NCBI RefSeq assembly: GCF_028641065.1
Contig: NC_073408.1
Coordinates: 12,028,001 to 12,092,000, forward strand
Length of the DNA: 64,000 bases
Direction: 5' to 3'
Origin: Leucoraja erinacea
Lineage: Eukaryota
The position numbers were made by a program, and so were the translations under genes. How positions within the stretch are numbered: position 1 is the stretch's first letter; every line of letters begins with the position of its first letter. Below are positions 1-12,868 of this stretch, piece by piece. The notes under the pieces are model-generated. The model saw nothing but the letters and a program-made list of their open reading frames with translations. It was not told where the DNA came from and made no database searches.

Positions 1-220
1 TGGACAGAAATGGACCAAGCAATGGGCAACTGGAACTATTTCAGCGAGGCAATTTGGTCAACATAGACCTGTCATGGACCTGTTTTCATGATCCATAGCC
101 CAATAACTGAGTTTGACTTGATTGTATTTATGTATGGTGTTATCTGATCTGATTAGACAGCATACAAAACAAAGCTCTTCACTATACCTTAGTACACTTG
201 ACAGTAATAACCCTAAATTT
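1..220 (+). mobile_element. Degraded LINE 3' UTR (Rex1/Babar-like family)
   Basis: Reverse complement resembles the repeat ends at ~18200, ~45520 and ~61310; the last two run into Rex1-like RT remnants. Confidence 0.45.
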
Positions 221-859
221 ACACCTCAATAAATCCTCAACCTCTCTTGGATACTCTTGCTCCTTGGATACAGTCCCACCATGCCCAGTCTCCCTTTAAA
301 GGCCCTCCCGTCCCAGCACCATCTTTGTGAATCTTCACTGTAGCTCCCAGATCATTGCCACTTTAAATTACTGCTTCAAATTACTTCACAGATTGCAAAA
401 GCACCATGGCATTTTACATCAGCTTATTAGAGTTTAATATGCTTGGTCATTATCAATTTATATGGTAATAAATCAGCAAACTGTATCCTTGCTAACAAAA
501 GGCAGAATGAATATAAATGAACTATTCGTGGCTCCAGATTTCAATAGAATACTGAGAATTTAAAGAGGGGCATTGGAGTAAATTTATGACATGTTAAATG
601 GTTTTGGTTTAGTTGGAAAATGTGCAGATGTTCATTGCATCAGATGTTTGGTGGCCCACTTTACATAGAAAGAATAGTGTTGTATCAGTAATGTGCTGCC
701 CTTGTCTTTAGTTTAAGCTCGTTATGTAAAGTTATTTAGGCATGACTGTATCTTGGCCTGAGTGACTTTTGTGTTCAAATTGTATTTATCTTGTCTCACA
801 GCATCGAAGCTATCCGCCACAGTATCTGTTCAGTTGTGGGAATCTTTCTGAAGTGGCGT

Positions 860-1316
860 GCAAAATGTTGTCAGGACTAGACAGTCTGATCTATAGGCAG
901 AGGTTGAGTAGCCTTTGATTCTATTCCCTGAAGCGCAAGAGGATGAGGGGTGATGGTATAGAGTTGTATAAGATCATGATGGGAATAGATCGAGTAAATG
1001 CACAGAGTATCTTGCCCAGAGTAGGTGAATCGAGGACCGGAGGACTAGGTTTAAGGTGAAGGGGAAAAGATTTGAGGAATCTGAGGGGTAACTTTTTCAC
1101 ACAAAGTGTGGTGGGTGTATGGAACAAGCTGCCAGAGGAGGTAGTTGAGGCAGAGACAATCCCAATGTTTAAGAAACAGTTCGACAGGTACATGGATAAG
1201 ACAAGTTTGGAGGGATATGGACCAAATGCTGGCAGGTGGGACTAATGTAGCTGGGACATGTTGGCCGTTGTGGGCAAGTTGGGCTGAAGGGCTGTTGCCA
1301 CACTGTATCACTCTAA
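860..1316 (+). mobile_element. CR1 LINE 3' fragment
   Basis: Decayed CR1 ORF2 C-terminus (YSL..RMRGD..E.YKI; FFTQSVVGVWN.LP) followed by a 3' tail similar to the SINE tail. Confidence 0.85.
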
Positions 1317-1673
1317 GATCATGTTATTAGGATTGACTTTGACAGGCAAAATCTCCACATTCTCAAGTTAGCATCAACCCTGTCAATGGCTACTTCTTAT
1401 CAATTCTGGTATGAGCAAGAATTGAAAATAATGATTGAAAAGTGACACCTGCAGGAATGGTGAGATACTAGTGAGCATTTGAGCGACTGGACAAATCTCG
1501 CTACAACTTTGTGTGAAATTATTCTGGGTCTGTACTTCACCATTTAACTTTCTCTAATATTATAATTTTTAACTAGGTCAAGTGGTTGTTCTTTGCTATC
1601 CATCTCAGGATCATGGAGGCTTTCCAAATCTGTTTGTGTTGGATTTTTTTCTAAACATTATGACCAGTCAACT

Positions 1674-1983
1674 TTAGTTTAGTTTAGAGATATAGCACGA
1701 TAACAGGCCCTTCGGCCCACCAAGTCCGCATTGAACTGCGACCACAATGCACTAGCGCTATCCGACACATTAGGGACAATTTACACAGTTTACTGAAGCC
1801 AATTAACCTACAAACTTGTACGTCTTTGGAATGTGGGAGGAAAGCGGGTCACCCAGCGAAAACGCACATAGTCACGGGGAGAACGTACAAACTCTATGCA
1901 GACAGCACCCAAAGTCAGGATCGAACCCAAGACTCTTGCACTGTAAGGCAGCAACATCACTACTGCGCAACCATGTGTTGCCC
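1674..1983 (-). mobile_element. tRNA-derived SINE (HE1/V-SINE-like)
   Basis: Minus strand shows a tRNA-like head with a GGTTCGATCC B-box, the shared body, a CR1-like tail and (CTAAA)n; many copies in the window. Confidence 0.85.
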
Positions 1984-2649
1984 AGCTCTGGAATTAATAT
2001 GATAAACTGGGCCAATTCTGAGTGACTCCACTTCTCATTGTAAATCATCTTATTTCACATTTGCTTTAATATTCCTGCTCAATTGCTTTACCATTCTCAT
2101 TATTTTCTGCTTCTTTCCAAGTACCAAGTCTAGTTTATAGTTTTCTCTGCTTTTCCCTTTCAGGTATTGAATGTTTATGATTCTGAAGAGTTCTTCAATT
2201 TTCAATCTTGCCTGCCTTTAACCTCTTTAGGAGCTGTCTTATTTGATATTTTTTTTAAATGACAAATATGTGATCTGCTGTCTTAGTTAAGCAGTTTGCC
2301 TCCTAATGCACTCTGGATGATTATATGCATTGATAAAGATACCTTTTTTTTTTAGCAAAATGGTGCCAACCCCCATCTCTTCAGGTTGAAATAAACTGGT
2401 TTTAGATCAAATAAATTCTGTCAAAAATATTAGGTTTGACAATTGAATTTGTCATCTACACCACATTTTCCTTTCATTCTTGGCTATCAGAGACATTTAT
2501 TACTATTATTGCTGAATAAATCCACAAACTGAACAGTTCCTCCTGTTCTATATGCTGCTTTGTGATGAATGTTAACAGTGACTGAAGGTGATTCCATGTA
2601 GGCTATGGTTGGGCAGTCCATGTGAGGAATGCAGAGCAGTGTTGGAAGC

Positions 2650-2897
2650 CAAAGATAGACCCAAAAAGCTGGAGTAACTCAGCGGGACAACCAGCATCTC
2701 TGGAGAGAATGAATGGGTGACGTTTCAGGTCGAGACCCTTCTTCAGACATTAGTCTTCACAAGTTAGGCTGAGGAAGGGTCTCGACCCGAAACGTCACCC
2801 CTTCCTAGTCTTCAGTGATGCTGCCTGTCCCGCTGAGTTATTCCAGCTTTTTGTGTCTATCTTTGACTTAAACCAGCATCAGCAGTTCCTTCCTACA
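2650..2897. mobile_element. Penelope-derived inverted-repeat unit with two hammerhead motifs
   Basis: Arms ~2653-2748 and ~2767-2872 are inverted copies; 12-bp direct repeat CAGTGTTGGAAG at 2637-2648 and 2898-2909. Confidence 0.8.
2767..2800 (+). ncRNA. Minimal hammerhead ribozyme motif (PLE type)
   Basis: CTGAGGA-A-GGGT-CTCG-ACCC-GAAACGTC: CUGANGA core, 4-bp stem II, GAAA, GUC site; stem I is weak. Confidence 0.6.
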
Positions 2898-3544
2898 CAG
2901 TGTTGGAAGTCACACTTGCAGCAAAATTGCGTGGTCGTTTGCCATCTTAATCTGAACCCAGTGCTTGTCACCACTAATCCCCATTAATCAGCTGGTGACA
3001 ATGGGGAAAGTTGGCTGACTCGTACAATACGGTTTCAACTTGCTGCAGACAATACACTATCATCTGTTCTATTGATGTTCTTGACGTGCTGTAATGGCTC
3101 AATCCAGGATCTAAAGATTTTTTCTAAGCATAAAATCGTTCACTTTTTTTACTTCCCCCTCATAACTTGCACAAATAAAGTGATGTTTCCTGAAATTCCT
3201 TTGGAAGATAATGGAACAGTTATTAAAGAAAATATTTGACTACTCAAAAAAATGGTCAAATAAATGTATGGTGGGTCGAAAGGGGTTAAATAAAGTGTTG
3301 TCACGTGCAGAATGTTACATCAGTAAGAAATCCAGTTAAAGAGCAAGAACCTTCAGGAGCAAGCCTAGTTGCACAGGGGAGATGCTAGGATTTCATTCAG
3401 GCTTCAACAGACAGTCCTTCACCTCATCTATAGATAACCTGGGATTTTACTTGCAATTGTACCCACCCAATATGTTTGTCCATTCGTTCGTTCATTAAAT
3501 AAAGCAACACACAGATCTTGATTTTAGCCCTTTTCCCTCCATAT

Positions 3545-4090
3545 ATCATAGAGTCTTATGCCCCTGTCCCACTGAGGAAACCTGAACGGAAACCTCTGGG
3601 GACATTGCGCCCCACCCAAGGTTTCCGTGTGGTTCCCAGAGGTTTTTGTCAGTCTCCCTACCTGCTTCCACTACCTGCAACCACCAGCAACCTCCGGGAA
3701 CCTCACGGAAACCTTGAGTGGGGTGCGAAGTCTCCAGAGGTTTCCGTTCAGGTTTCCTAAGTGGGACAGGGGCTTTGCTGTGTGGAAACAGGCCATTTGG
3801 CGCAGCTTATCCATACCAGCCAGCACGTTCCATCTCCACTAGTCCCACCTGCCTGTGCTTGGCCCTTATCCCACTAAACCTGTCTAAATGTTTCTTAAAC
3901 ACTGCCATAATACCTATCTCTGCTCAACCTCTCCCTTTAGCTCAGGCCCTTAAGACCCGGCAATGTCCTCGTAAATCTTCTCTGCACCCTTTCCAGCTTG
4001 ACAACATCTATCCTATAACATGGTGCCCAAACTAAACACAATTCTCTAAATGCAGCCTCACCAGCATTTTATACATCTGCAACATATGCA
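3545..4090 (-). mobile_element. CR1 LINE 3' fragment interrupted by a MITE
   Basis: Matches the reverse complement of the CR1 tail; compare 16560-17065. Confidence 0.7.
3559..3774. mobile_element. MITE, PIF/Harbinger-like
   Basis: Ends GCCCCTGTCCCAC...GTGGGACAGGGGC, ~85-bp inverted arms, flanks TTA/TTG; sits inside a CR1 tail. Confidence 0.8.
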
Positions 4091-4214
4091 TATGCAATAG
4101 GATGGTCTTTCCTCATCTTGGTTTTCAAAACTAAAATCGCTCTTGAATTTGGATGCTGGTTGCCAATTCCTTTTTGTTTTATTATTTTGCAAATTACTTT
4201 GTAGTCTTTGTACA

Positions 4215-4605
4215 GATCTCATTGAAACATATAAGATTGTTAAGGGCTTGGACACGCTAGAGGCAGGAAACATGTTCCCGATGTTGGGGGAGTCCAGTAC
4301 CAGGGGCCACAGTTTAAGAATAAGGAGTAAGCCATTTAGAACGGAGACGAGGAAACACTTTTTCTCACAGAGAGTGGTGAGTCTGTGGAATTCCCTGTCT
4401 CAGAGTGTGGTGGAGGCAGGTTCTCTGGATGCTTTCAAGAGAGAGCTACTTAGGGCTCTTAAAAATAGCGGCGTCAGGGGATATGGGGAGAAGGCAGGAA
4501 TGGGTTACTGATTGGGGATGATCGGCCATGATCACATTGAATGGCGGTGCTGGCTCAAAGGGCCGAATGGCCTACTCCTGCACCTATTGTCTATTGTCTA
4601 TTGTC
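4215..4605 (+). mobile_element. CR1 LINE 3' fragment, relatively intact
   Basis: ORF 4143-4511 contains DLIETYKIVKGLD...RGHSLRI...FFSQRVVSLWNSL; (CTATTGT)n tail. Confidence 0.9.
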
Positions 4606-5529
4606 AGAGAAAGGGACTCTCACTCGATACAAAATATAAACTGGTGCTTATTCCATTAACAACATCGGTAGAATACTATCTATTATTTTCTGTGCTCTCA
4701 CACATGCCATTCAGAGCACTTGATAATAGGCTGAACAAACCATCATCATATCCATTGAGAGCAAAGGTTGAAGCTAGATTAATGCAGCATTGAAATGTAT
4801 CTTGACTCCAATAAGTAATACATAGAACCATGAAAATAATCCTACATATCTGGATGGCCCATTATGAGCTATGAATATCATCAAGCGATATGCTTCCTAC
4901 TTGTGTACAATAAGTCAATCATTTGTTTCTTGTTGTGAGTGTCTCTGCCTTTGTTTCCTATCATGATGGGGGTGGATTTTACTGCTGTGTGTTTGTACAT
5001 GTGTCAAGGCCCATTTGAAGCAGAGACTATAAGGTTATTTCGCGCCCACTATATTCACCTATAGTGCTTTTTTTTTTGCATTTGAAATGCTTAAACAGCA
5101 ATTATGGATATTTTGAGGGAACCAGAGTCAGAAGCTAATGTTGTAAATAAAGGATGTGTTTATGGTTTGCATCTGTCTTGCTTTCCCGTGAATGGAATAT
5201 CCTTAACCATGTCATTATCATTCACAAAAGTAGATGATGTGTTTGTTTTTATTTAATGCTATCATTATACATTTGAAAAGTGCTTCAAATTCATTTCCAT
5301 TTCAAAAAAAGGAAAGTAACTTTCAGAAAGGGTAGCCAATAAACCAGGCTGCTTATTGTTCAGCGTTACTGCTTAACGCATTAATCATTTCTCAATGCTA
5401 AGATGCCCTTGCCATTCACTTTCTATCATACTTGTTCCATGCTTGTGGAGGATAGATATAGTGAGGATGAAGATTTGGCCTGACACCATCTACCCATGGA
5501 CTAGAAAGAGACCATTTATAACATTATAC

Positions 5530-5840
5530 ATGTTACGGTGGTGCAGCAGCAGTTACTGCCTTTCAGTACCAATCACACTGGTTCAATCCTGACCACGAGT
5601 GCTGTTAAAACGATTCCAGAAGTAGTAAACTTTCTCCCTGTGAACTGTGTGGATTTTCTCCGGGTGCTTCTGTTTCCTATCACTCTCCAAAGATGTACAG
5701 GTCTGTAGGCTGATTGGATTGATAACATTGAAAATTGCCCCTAATGTGTGTAGGGTTGTGTTAGTGTGCGGGGATCGCTGGTCGGCAAGGACTTGGGCCT
5801 GTGACCGTGCTGCATCTCTACACTAAGTTAAAACTAAACC
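5530..5840 (+). mobile_element. tRNA-derived SINE, diverged
   Basis: GGTTCAATCC B-box, shared body, CTAAA-type tail. Confidence 0.75.
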
Positions 5841-6119
5841 ACATTGTCGGTGACAGTGATTCTTATTCCTTAACTTTCTGATTCATTATCAAGGAATGTC
5901 CTTTGTTAAATTTACATGGTGATGGGTTTTTTGTTTTCCTTCAGGAATCCTGCTTCAGAAAACTACAAAAGATTAGTCAGCCCTGATTTTCCTGTTATAA
6001 ATTCATAGTAATGCTGCAAATCATATTATTAATTTCTAAACTTTTGATGTTACATCCTTTATTATAGCGTCCATCAATTTCCTTACTGTTTATGCCAGGA
6101 TCACTGAGTCGACGGTATC

Positions 6120-7230
6120 TATTGTACCTTTCCTTCCTTGCATAAATAATGGGGATCTCATTTGCAACATTCCAATCTGCTGCATCCATTTCAGTATTTA
6201 TAGGATTTGGGAAAATAATGGGAGAATCCATTATCTCCACAACTAACCCTTCAAAAACCTGGGGTTGTTCAACAGAGGTCATTTTGAGATTCTACATGTT
6301 CTGCCTCATTAACTGTAATAGTGTTTCTTTATGAACACTGTTTTAAAACGTCAACACCTTCGCTACACCTTCGGTTCTCCAGTGTTTCTGTCATGCTTTA
6401 TTTATCATCTTCTGTAAAGGCTGATACGAGATATTTGTTTAATTCCTCTGTCATTTCCTTATCCCTCTTTACAAATGTATTGTCTATGTAAGGGACATTT
6501 CCCCTTGCAAGTCTTTTTATTAATTCTTGTGTTTTGCCATTCTACTCTTTTTTTCCCCCTTCTTTTGTTTTTGCGCTGAAATATAAAATGTTCCCAGTGT
6601 TTGGGGCTTATTGCTTCTGTTGGTAGCAACAATCACTTTTCCTGCTGCGTTTTTGTGGCTTAAAGAATGCATTTACTTTTTCTTTCATTGCTGATCATTA
6701 CTTTCGCACTGGCATGCCTTTTAATGTAGTTTCCCAATGGGCGCCAGCCAATCTTCACAGTTTTCTAATATAGGTTAAAAACCAGTTACAGAACTGCATC
6801 ACTCTCAGACTTTAAGTACAATTCTATTATATTTTGGCACATGTTACAATAGTATTGTTAACTAATCCTCTCCTGGTGCTAGATCTGAAATAACCTTGTG
6901 CCTAGCAAGTTCCTCAACATATCGATTTAGAAATCCATCTTGTACATGTTCCAGGATTTCATCCTTTTAGGTGCTCCCAGTAATTTGATTAGCCCAGTCT
7001 ACATGAAGATTAAAGTCCCCCATAATTACCATATTACCCTTGAGCAACCTAATTTCTTTACCTACATCACAATCACAGTTCAGCGACCCATAAACAACTC
7101 TCACCAATGTGTTCTGCCCCCTGCTGTTCCTTGGCTCCACCCAACACCCAAACTGACTTTAATTTTTATACAATAATCTGCCAAACCATTTTTTAAACAA
7201 TTGTTTCAACATCATTCTTATGAAAAGTGC
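6120..7230 (-). mobile_element. Old CR1 ORF2 remnant (APE endonuclease region)
   Basis: Reverse complement of 7008-7029 encodes VIMGDFN, an APE motif; the rest is heavily decayed. Confidence 0.55.
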
Positions 7231-7250
7231 TACCCATCCCTTTTTTTTTG

Positions 7251-7464
7251 TTTAGGAAGGAACTGCAGATGTTGGTTACCACCAAAAATAGACACAAAAT
7301 GCTGGAGTAACTCAGAGGGTCAGGCAGCATCTTTAGAGAAAAAGAATAGGTGACTCTTTAGGTTGAAACCCTTCTTCAGACTTTAGTCTGAAGAGTCTTG
7401 AGCTGAAATCTCTCCTATTTCTTTTCACCTGACCCACTGAGTTACTCCAGCTTTTTGTGTCTAT
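7251..7464. mobile_element. Penelope-derived inverted-repeat unit
   Basis: Same unit as 2650-2897 with degenerate hammerhead cores. Confidence 0.75.
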
Positions 7465-7553
7465 ATTCATTTCTTTTTTTTGCCTTTCCTAAATGTTGAA
7501 GACTTTGGAATAGTTGGTTTGCAACTTGGCTCACCTTGTAGCCTGTGGTGGCA

Positions 7554-7686
7554 TGTGTAGGAAAGAACTGCAGATGATGGTTTACACCGAAGATAGACTC
7601 AAAATGCTGGAGTAACTCAATGGGATGGGCAGTATCTCTGGAGAGAAGGGATGGATGACATTTTGTGTCGAGACCCTTCTTCGGAA
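7554..7686 (-). mobile_element. Penelope-derived terminal fragment
   Basis: GGAAAGAACTGCAGATG...GCTGGAGTAACTCA...GACCCTTCTTC. Confidence 0.75.
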
Positions 7687-9059
7687 CTTGTGCTGGCAAA
7701 TGGATGATACCCAATTATGCCCTTTGGTGCCCTCATTCATTCATCTTGTTGTGTGTGCAGCTTACATTTAGACATAGTGCCTTTAATTCTAACTTTTTAA
7801 ATTTACTCTGCGCCCCTTTTAATGCTGACCTTTGTTTCAACTATGTATTTATGGTGTTTATTTCATTTCTAACTTTGCAATCTAACCAAAAATGTTCCTT
7901 GTTTAAAAATATTAATACTGTGCTGTACTTTTGACTGTTCAATTAGAATTTTACCCGTGTGTATTATATATTTAACATGACGTATATTGCCGTGTCACTA
8001 TAAATATTATTCTTGCTACTTCAGCAGTAGACTGACTAATTCAAATAATTAAAGGATTTGAGCAGATTTATTGAGCAGAGGAATCTCTTCAATAATAAAG
8101 GTTTTTCTTTGCAACACTCATTCATGTCAACTAAATGTTTCAAATCTAAGACCTTGTGATTTTGCCTTATTTTTAAACTTTCGGTCGATAATAACTTAAA
8201 GGGTGAGTGGAGTGGGTGGGTTTGTAGGCGGTGAGGGTTTAGAAGAGTAACTTCATCATCCCAGCCTGCTGCTGCGCCAGTGGAAATTAAGCTTGTTGCG
8301 TTACTAATCGGACTCATCCCAGTCTAACTTCCTATCTTAAGTGAGTGGAAGCAATACATTTTTCTGCTACTTTGTCGATTGTAATGCAATGATTATTTCT
8401 GGCCTGGTTGAAGGAAGTCATAGAAGGCTGGAATTGTGAAGGCTGAGAGGGGACATTTTTTTTGCATTCTCGCATGATGGAGCAGGCTGATTCTTCTCCA
8501 TGCCTACAGTATAAAGTTGTAGTTGTCATTGTTCGTTCCCTCCCTGGTCACTGGGAACATGTTAATCTGGCTTATGGTTCATGGCACAGTGTAAAATTCA
8601 CATGGGTGTATGGTTGAGAAACAGTCTTTCACCAACAATCAATTGGGAATAAAAGTGAGGCCTGTTTTGGTTTAAGAGATGAGCTGCTTTCTTGAAAAGC
8701 AGAATGTCATCATTTCCATTTCCTCTTTTAATCTGTGGAGAAACAAGTTTTGCATGCGGTTCGTTCTGGCTAATCGAATGTTCGGCTCTGAGGCATGTTT
8801 ATCTCACCATTCCTGTCTCAAACAGTGCTGACCTGCAGGTAATGGAGTTGATGTCTTGAGTTACATCTGTTGGGGAGATGTATGTGAAGTAGGTCTACAG
8901 GACACATGGGATGAAAGTGTCACGCTGCTGACTTAGTAACTCAAGTAAAATCAGGATAGGCAGTTTTAATCTAGCTCCTATTGGGTCTGGACTGGCACCA
9001 ATAAACTAACCATAAAATATATCTCTTAACACATTATTTTATAGGAAATGAACGTCACA

Positions 9060-9830
9060 GAGAAGGCCACCATTCACTGTCCATGGCTAATTATCCGTGA
9101 GAACATAATGGTAAACTGCCTTCGTCAATTACTACAGCCCTTCTGGTAAAGAGATTCTGACTGTGCTGTTGGGTCAGAACCTCACGATTTAGACCCAACA
9201 ATGATAGAAGACCAACTATATGTTTCTAAGTTCAGATGGTATGCAGTGGAAAAGAACCTGTTCCTATGCATTTGATGTCCATGTTGTTCTTGATGTTTAC
9301 TTTAGTTTGGATTTGAGATACAGCGCGGAAACAGGCCCTTTGATCCACCAACTCCGCCCTGACCAGCAATCCCCACACATTAACATTATCTTACACACAC
9401 GAGGGATAATTTACATTTATACCAAGCCAATAAATCTACAAACCTGTACCTCTTGGAGTGTGGGAGGAAACCAAAGATCTCGGAGAAAACCCATACGGTC
9501 GCTGGAGAATGTACAGACAACACCCGTTGTCGGGATTGAACCCGGGTCTCTGGTGCTGTGAGCCCTGTAAGGCAGCAACAGTACTGCTGCGCCATCGTGC
9601 CACCCACTGGTAGAAGTAATTGGCCTGAGAGATTGATCAGAGCACCCAAGCTGTTCACTGGAGTGCACTGTGTAGATGGCATACATGTCACCCATGTTGC
9701 ATGGTTGGTGGAGGGAATGAATATTTAGGGTGGCAATTAATCTGGATGGCTTTGAATTACACTCTTCCAGGCATGTGTTTGAACGTTCCATGTTTATGGA
9801 TGATATTAATGACCATTGAATGTTAAGCAT
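9060..9830 (-). mobile_element. Old CR1/L2-group LINE 3' fragment split by a SINE
   Basis: Reverse-complement similarity to 9990-10400. Confidence 0.5.
9298..9605 (-). mobile_element. tRNA-derived SINE
   Basis: Full-length copy of the family at 1674. Confidence 0.85.
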
Positions 9831-9989
9831 AGGTGTTTAGTCTTGCTCTTTGGAGGCCATTGCTATACTTGTGCAAAGATAAAATTGCCAGCCATTATTG
9901 GTCCATCCAATATGTTGTCCATATCTTGGTGCATGCAAACATACACTGTTTAATTTTCATTCAGACCCATTGATTAATGTTAATCAATG

Positions 9990-10400
9990 TTAATCAACCA
10001 ACTGTTAATGTGGGAGTATCAACCAAGAAAATTAAGGCCACTATCAATGTGCTTGAAGATTACAGCTCCCACAGCATTCATGAGATGGATACCATTCATG
10101 ACAAAGCAGCTTGCTTCATTAGTACTCTGTCCACTACCGTAAACATTTGTTCCCTCCACCACAGCAACACAGTGGTCACCGTGTACCAGCCACAAAATGA
10201 GATGCCATTTACTTACCCAGAGCATTCTAATAGCACCTCTGAAAAAAATGTGACCTCCACGAATTTGTAGGATCACCTCCAATTCACACACCATTCTGAC
10301 TTGGAAATATATAATTTCTCCATCGTGATTTGGTCTAAATCCTGGAACTTCCTACACAGCAACACTCACCAGAAAGACGGCAACAATTCAAGAAGGTAGC
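9990..10400 (+). mobile_element. Old CR1/L2-group LINE 3' fragment
   Basis: Translates in part as MDTIHDKAACFI and KSWNFL, resembling a LINE ORF2 C-terminus. Confidence 0.55.
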
Positions 10401-10414
10401 CTAGCCTACAGTAA

Positions 10415-10969
10415 AGGGACTGTCCCACTGCAGTGAGCTAATCTGCGCGTTAAGAAGAGTGCCTTCGACCTTCAAGCTCGAGGGCACTTGCCTGGAAAAC
10501 CTCGCGCTGGATCGACAGTCCACGTTGAAACCGCGAGCTGGATCGCACACACACACACACACACGCACACACACACACACCCGCAAAGGCGGGGGCCAGG
10601 GAGAGCAGGGGAGCACTGTTTGAAATTCAGACCCACACTGAAGAGGAAGGTAAATGCTGCCACAGACCTTTGGAGAGTGCGGGGGGTGGGAGAGAAGGGG
10701 AGGGAGAAGAGTGACCCCACTCCACTGCACTACGAGTTAAAGAACCATGCTGACCAAATTTTACTTGCAGAAACATTTTCAACATGCTGAAAAATTTTCC
10801 ACGACCTAGCTGAGGCCACGAGTATTCGGGAACTTCCCTCGAGCATGAAAGAGAGTTCCAATGACCTCATAGGACCTCCCAGGACCTTGTGTCGACCATT
10901 CTATGAGTTTGGGTCAAGGGCAAACTCATCTAAACTCGCAGATTAGGTCGCCGCGGTGGGACAGATCCT
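10415..10969. mobile_element. MITE, PIF/Harbinger-like
   Basis: Ends AGGGACTGTCCCAC / GTGGGACAGATCCT, flanks TAA/TTA; contains a (CA)n tract. Confidence 0.75.
10546..10580. repeat. (CA)n microsatellite
   Basis: Read directly. Confidence 0.95.
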
Positions 10970-10972
10970 TTA

Positions 10973-11522
10973 CTCTCTCTTGAAACCATCCAGTGAATTG
11001 GCCCCCACTGCCTTTTGTGGTAGAGAATTCCACAGATTCACAGCTCTCTGGGTGAAAAAGTTTTTCCTTATCTCAGTCCTAAATGGCCTACCCCTTATTC
11101 GGAAACTGTAAACTGTTTTGGACTCCCCCAACATCGGGAACATTTTTTCTGCATCTACCCTGTCCAATCCTCTAAGAATGTTTAATGTTTCTATAAGATA
11201 ACCTCTCATCCTTCTAAATTCAAGCGAATACAAGCCCAGTCGACCCATTCTTTCATCACATGTCAGTCCCGCCATCCCGGGAATTAACCTGGTGAACCTA
11301 CGCTGCACCCCATCTATAGCAATAATGTCCTCCCTCAAATTAGACCACAATTACACACAATAGTCTAGGTGCGGTCTCACCAGGGCCTTGTACAACTGCA
11401 GTAGGACCTCCTTGCTCCTAAACTCAAATCCTCTCGCAATGAAGGCCAACTCATGCAATGGCCAATCCTCTTGTGATGAAGGCATTCTTCACTGACTGCT
11501 GTACCTGCATGCTTACTTTCAG
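10973..11522 (-). mobile_element. CR1 LINE ORF2 C-terminal fragment
   Basis: ORF 10970-11350 VQRRFTRLIPGM...LGLYSLEFRRMRG...FFTQRAVNLWNSLP. Confidence 0.9.
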
Positions 11523-12358
11523 TATGGAGTTCTTGTATGAATGGTAAGACCAATGTTCAAAACATGACTGGATCTGAGCTCCTCTGCTGCTCTAACCATT
11601 GCTGAAGATAAGTGAATAAATTGCATTCAAAGTTTACCCACTGTGAATTGTTACACTAGTCATGTATTTTAATTAGTATGGAACAAAAACAACACTTCAC
11701 AAATAATTGATAGCGTGTTAAAGATATCTTTCAATATTGAACGTTTCAAGAGGCCAGGTTATCCACTCAAGGAAATATTACGCCTAAATGGCTGTTATTC
11801 AAGTGCAGAAGATTCTGCAATTTCAGGCAGGGGACAGGTGTGTTGAGCTTAAATACACTCTGGTAGCTCTCTTTAACATTCAGTTCTGCCATTAGTTTTA
11901 CAAACATTCCCTCTTGCTGCCTTCCCACACCATTGAAATCCATTTGATCCATGTCGTTGCTGAAACTGCTGGATAACATGAACAAAATTTGCCACAGAAC
12001 ATTTGTGTCTTGTCTTTTCCGTCCAAATACGTTCTCAACAATGCAATAAGATTGCAGTCCATCGGAATCACTGGCAAGTAGTCTCATGCTGTGAAGTTTG
12101 ATTGACTTTGAAGGTACATTTTGATCCTATCCTCGACGGTATACAATGTTGCTCATTCCCAAGGCTGTCGGGAGTTGCAGCCAAGAGCTGTAGATGGAGG
12201 TGATTTACCTTCACTCTCCCCAGTAATGTGTCTGTATTGTGTGTTCCAGTTGATTGTTCTTGGTAAACGGTAGCTCCTTGTTGGAAGGGGTGATGGGCTA
12301 AGTTTCAGATGGTTTGCAAAGCACAAATGAAACAAACATTGAACAGAGTAACAGAGTA

Positions 12359-12672
12359 GGGTACGGCATGGTGGCGCAGTGGTAGTTGCTGCCTTACAGC
12401 GCCAGAGACCCAGGTTCGATCCTGACTATGGGTGCTGTCTGTACGGAATTTGTACGTTCTCCCCAAGACCTGTGTAGGGTTTCTCCAAGATCTTTAGTTT
12501 CCTCTACATTCCAAAGACGTGCACGTGTGTAGGTTAATTGGTTTGGTATAAGTGTAAATTTTCCCAAATCTGTGTAGGAAAGTGTTAATGTGTGGGGATC
12601 GCTGGTTGGCGCAGACTCGGTGGGCCGAAGGACCTGTTTCCGCGCTGTATCTCGAAACTAAAACTAAACTAT
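12359..12672 (+). mobile_element. tRNA-derived SINE
   Basis: A-box TGGCGCAGTGG, B-box GGTTCGATCC, CR1-like tail, (CTAAA)n. Confidence 0.9.
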
Positions 12673-12868
12673 GTAACCATGTAATGCAAACCAACACATC
12701 ATGCTGAGACATTAGGCCAAGTAACTTGTAGACAGATCCAACCCCCAGGGAATTCGATTTTAAAGTACAGGTGCACAACCTTTTATCCGAAAGCCTTGGG
12801 ACCAGACACCTTTCGTAATTCAGAATTTGTCGGTCTTCGGAATGGAAATTTATTTGCGTAGATTTTAA

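Noticed and set aside
1281-1316. Shared 3' tail between CR1 LINE and the SINE as a novelty
   Set aside because: SINE/LINE tail sharing is established for elasmobranch HE1 SINE and HER1 LINE
11767-12087. 106-aa minus-strand ORF in unique sequence
   Set aside because: No recognisable domain or convincing splice context
12359-12430. tRNA-like A/B boxes as a tRNA gene (also at other SINE heads)
   Set aside because: They continue into a SINE body and tail, so they are SINE heads rather than tRNA genes
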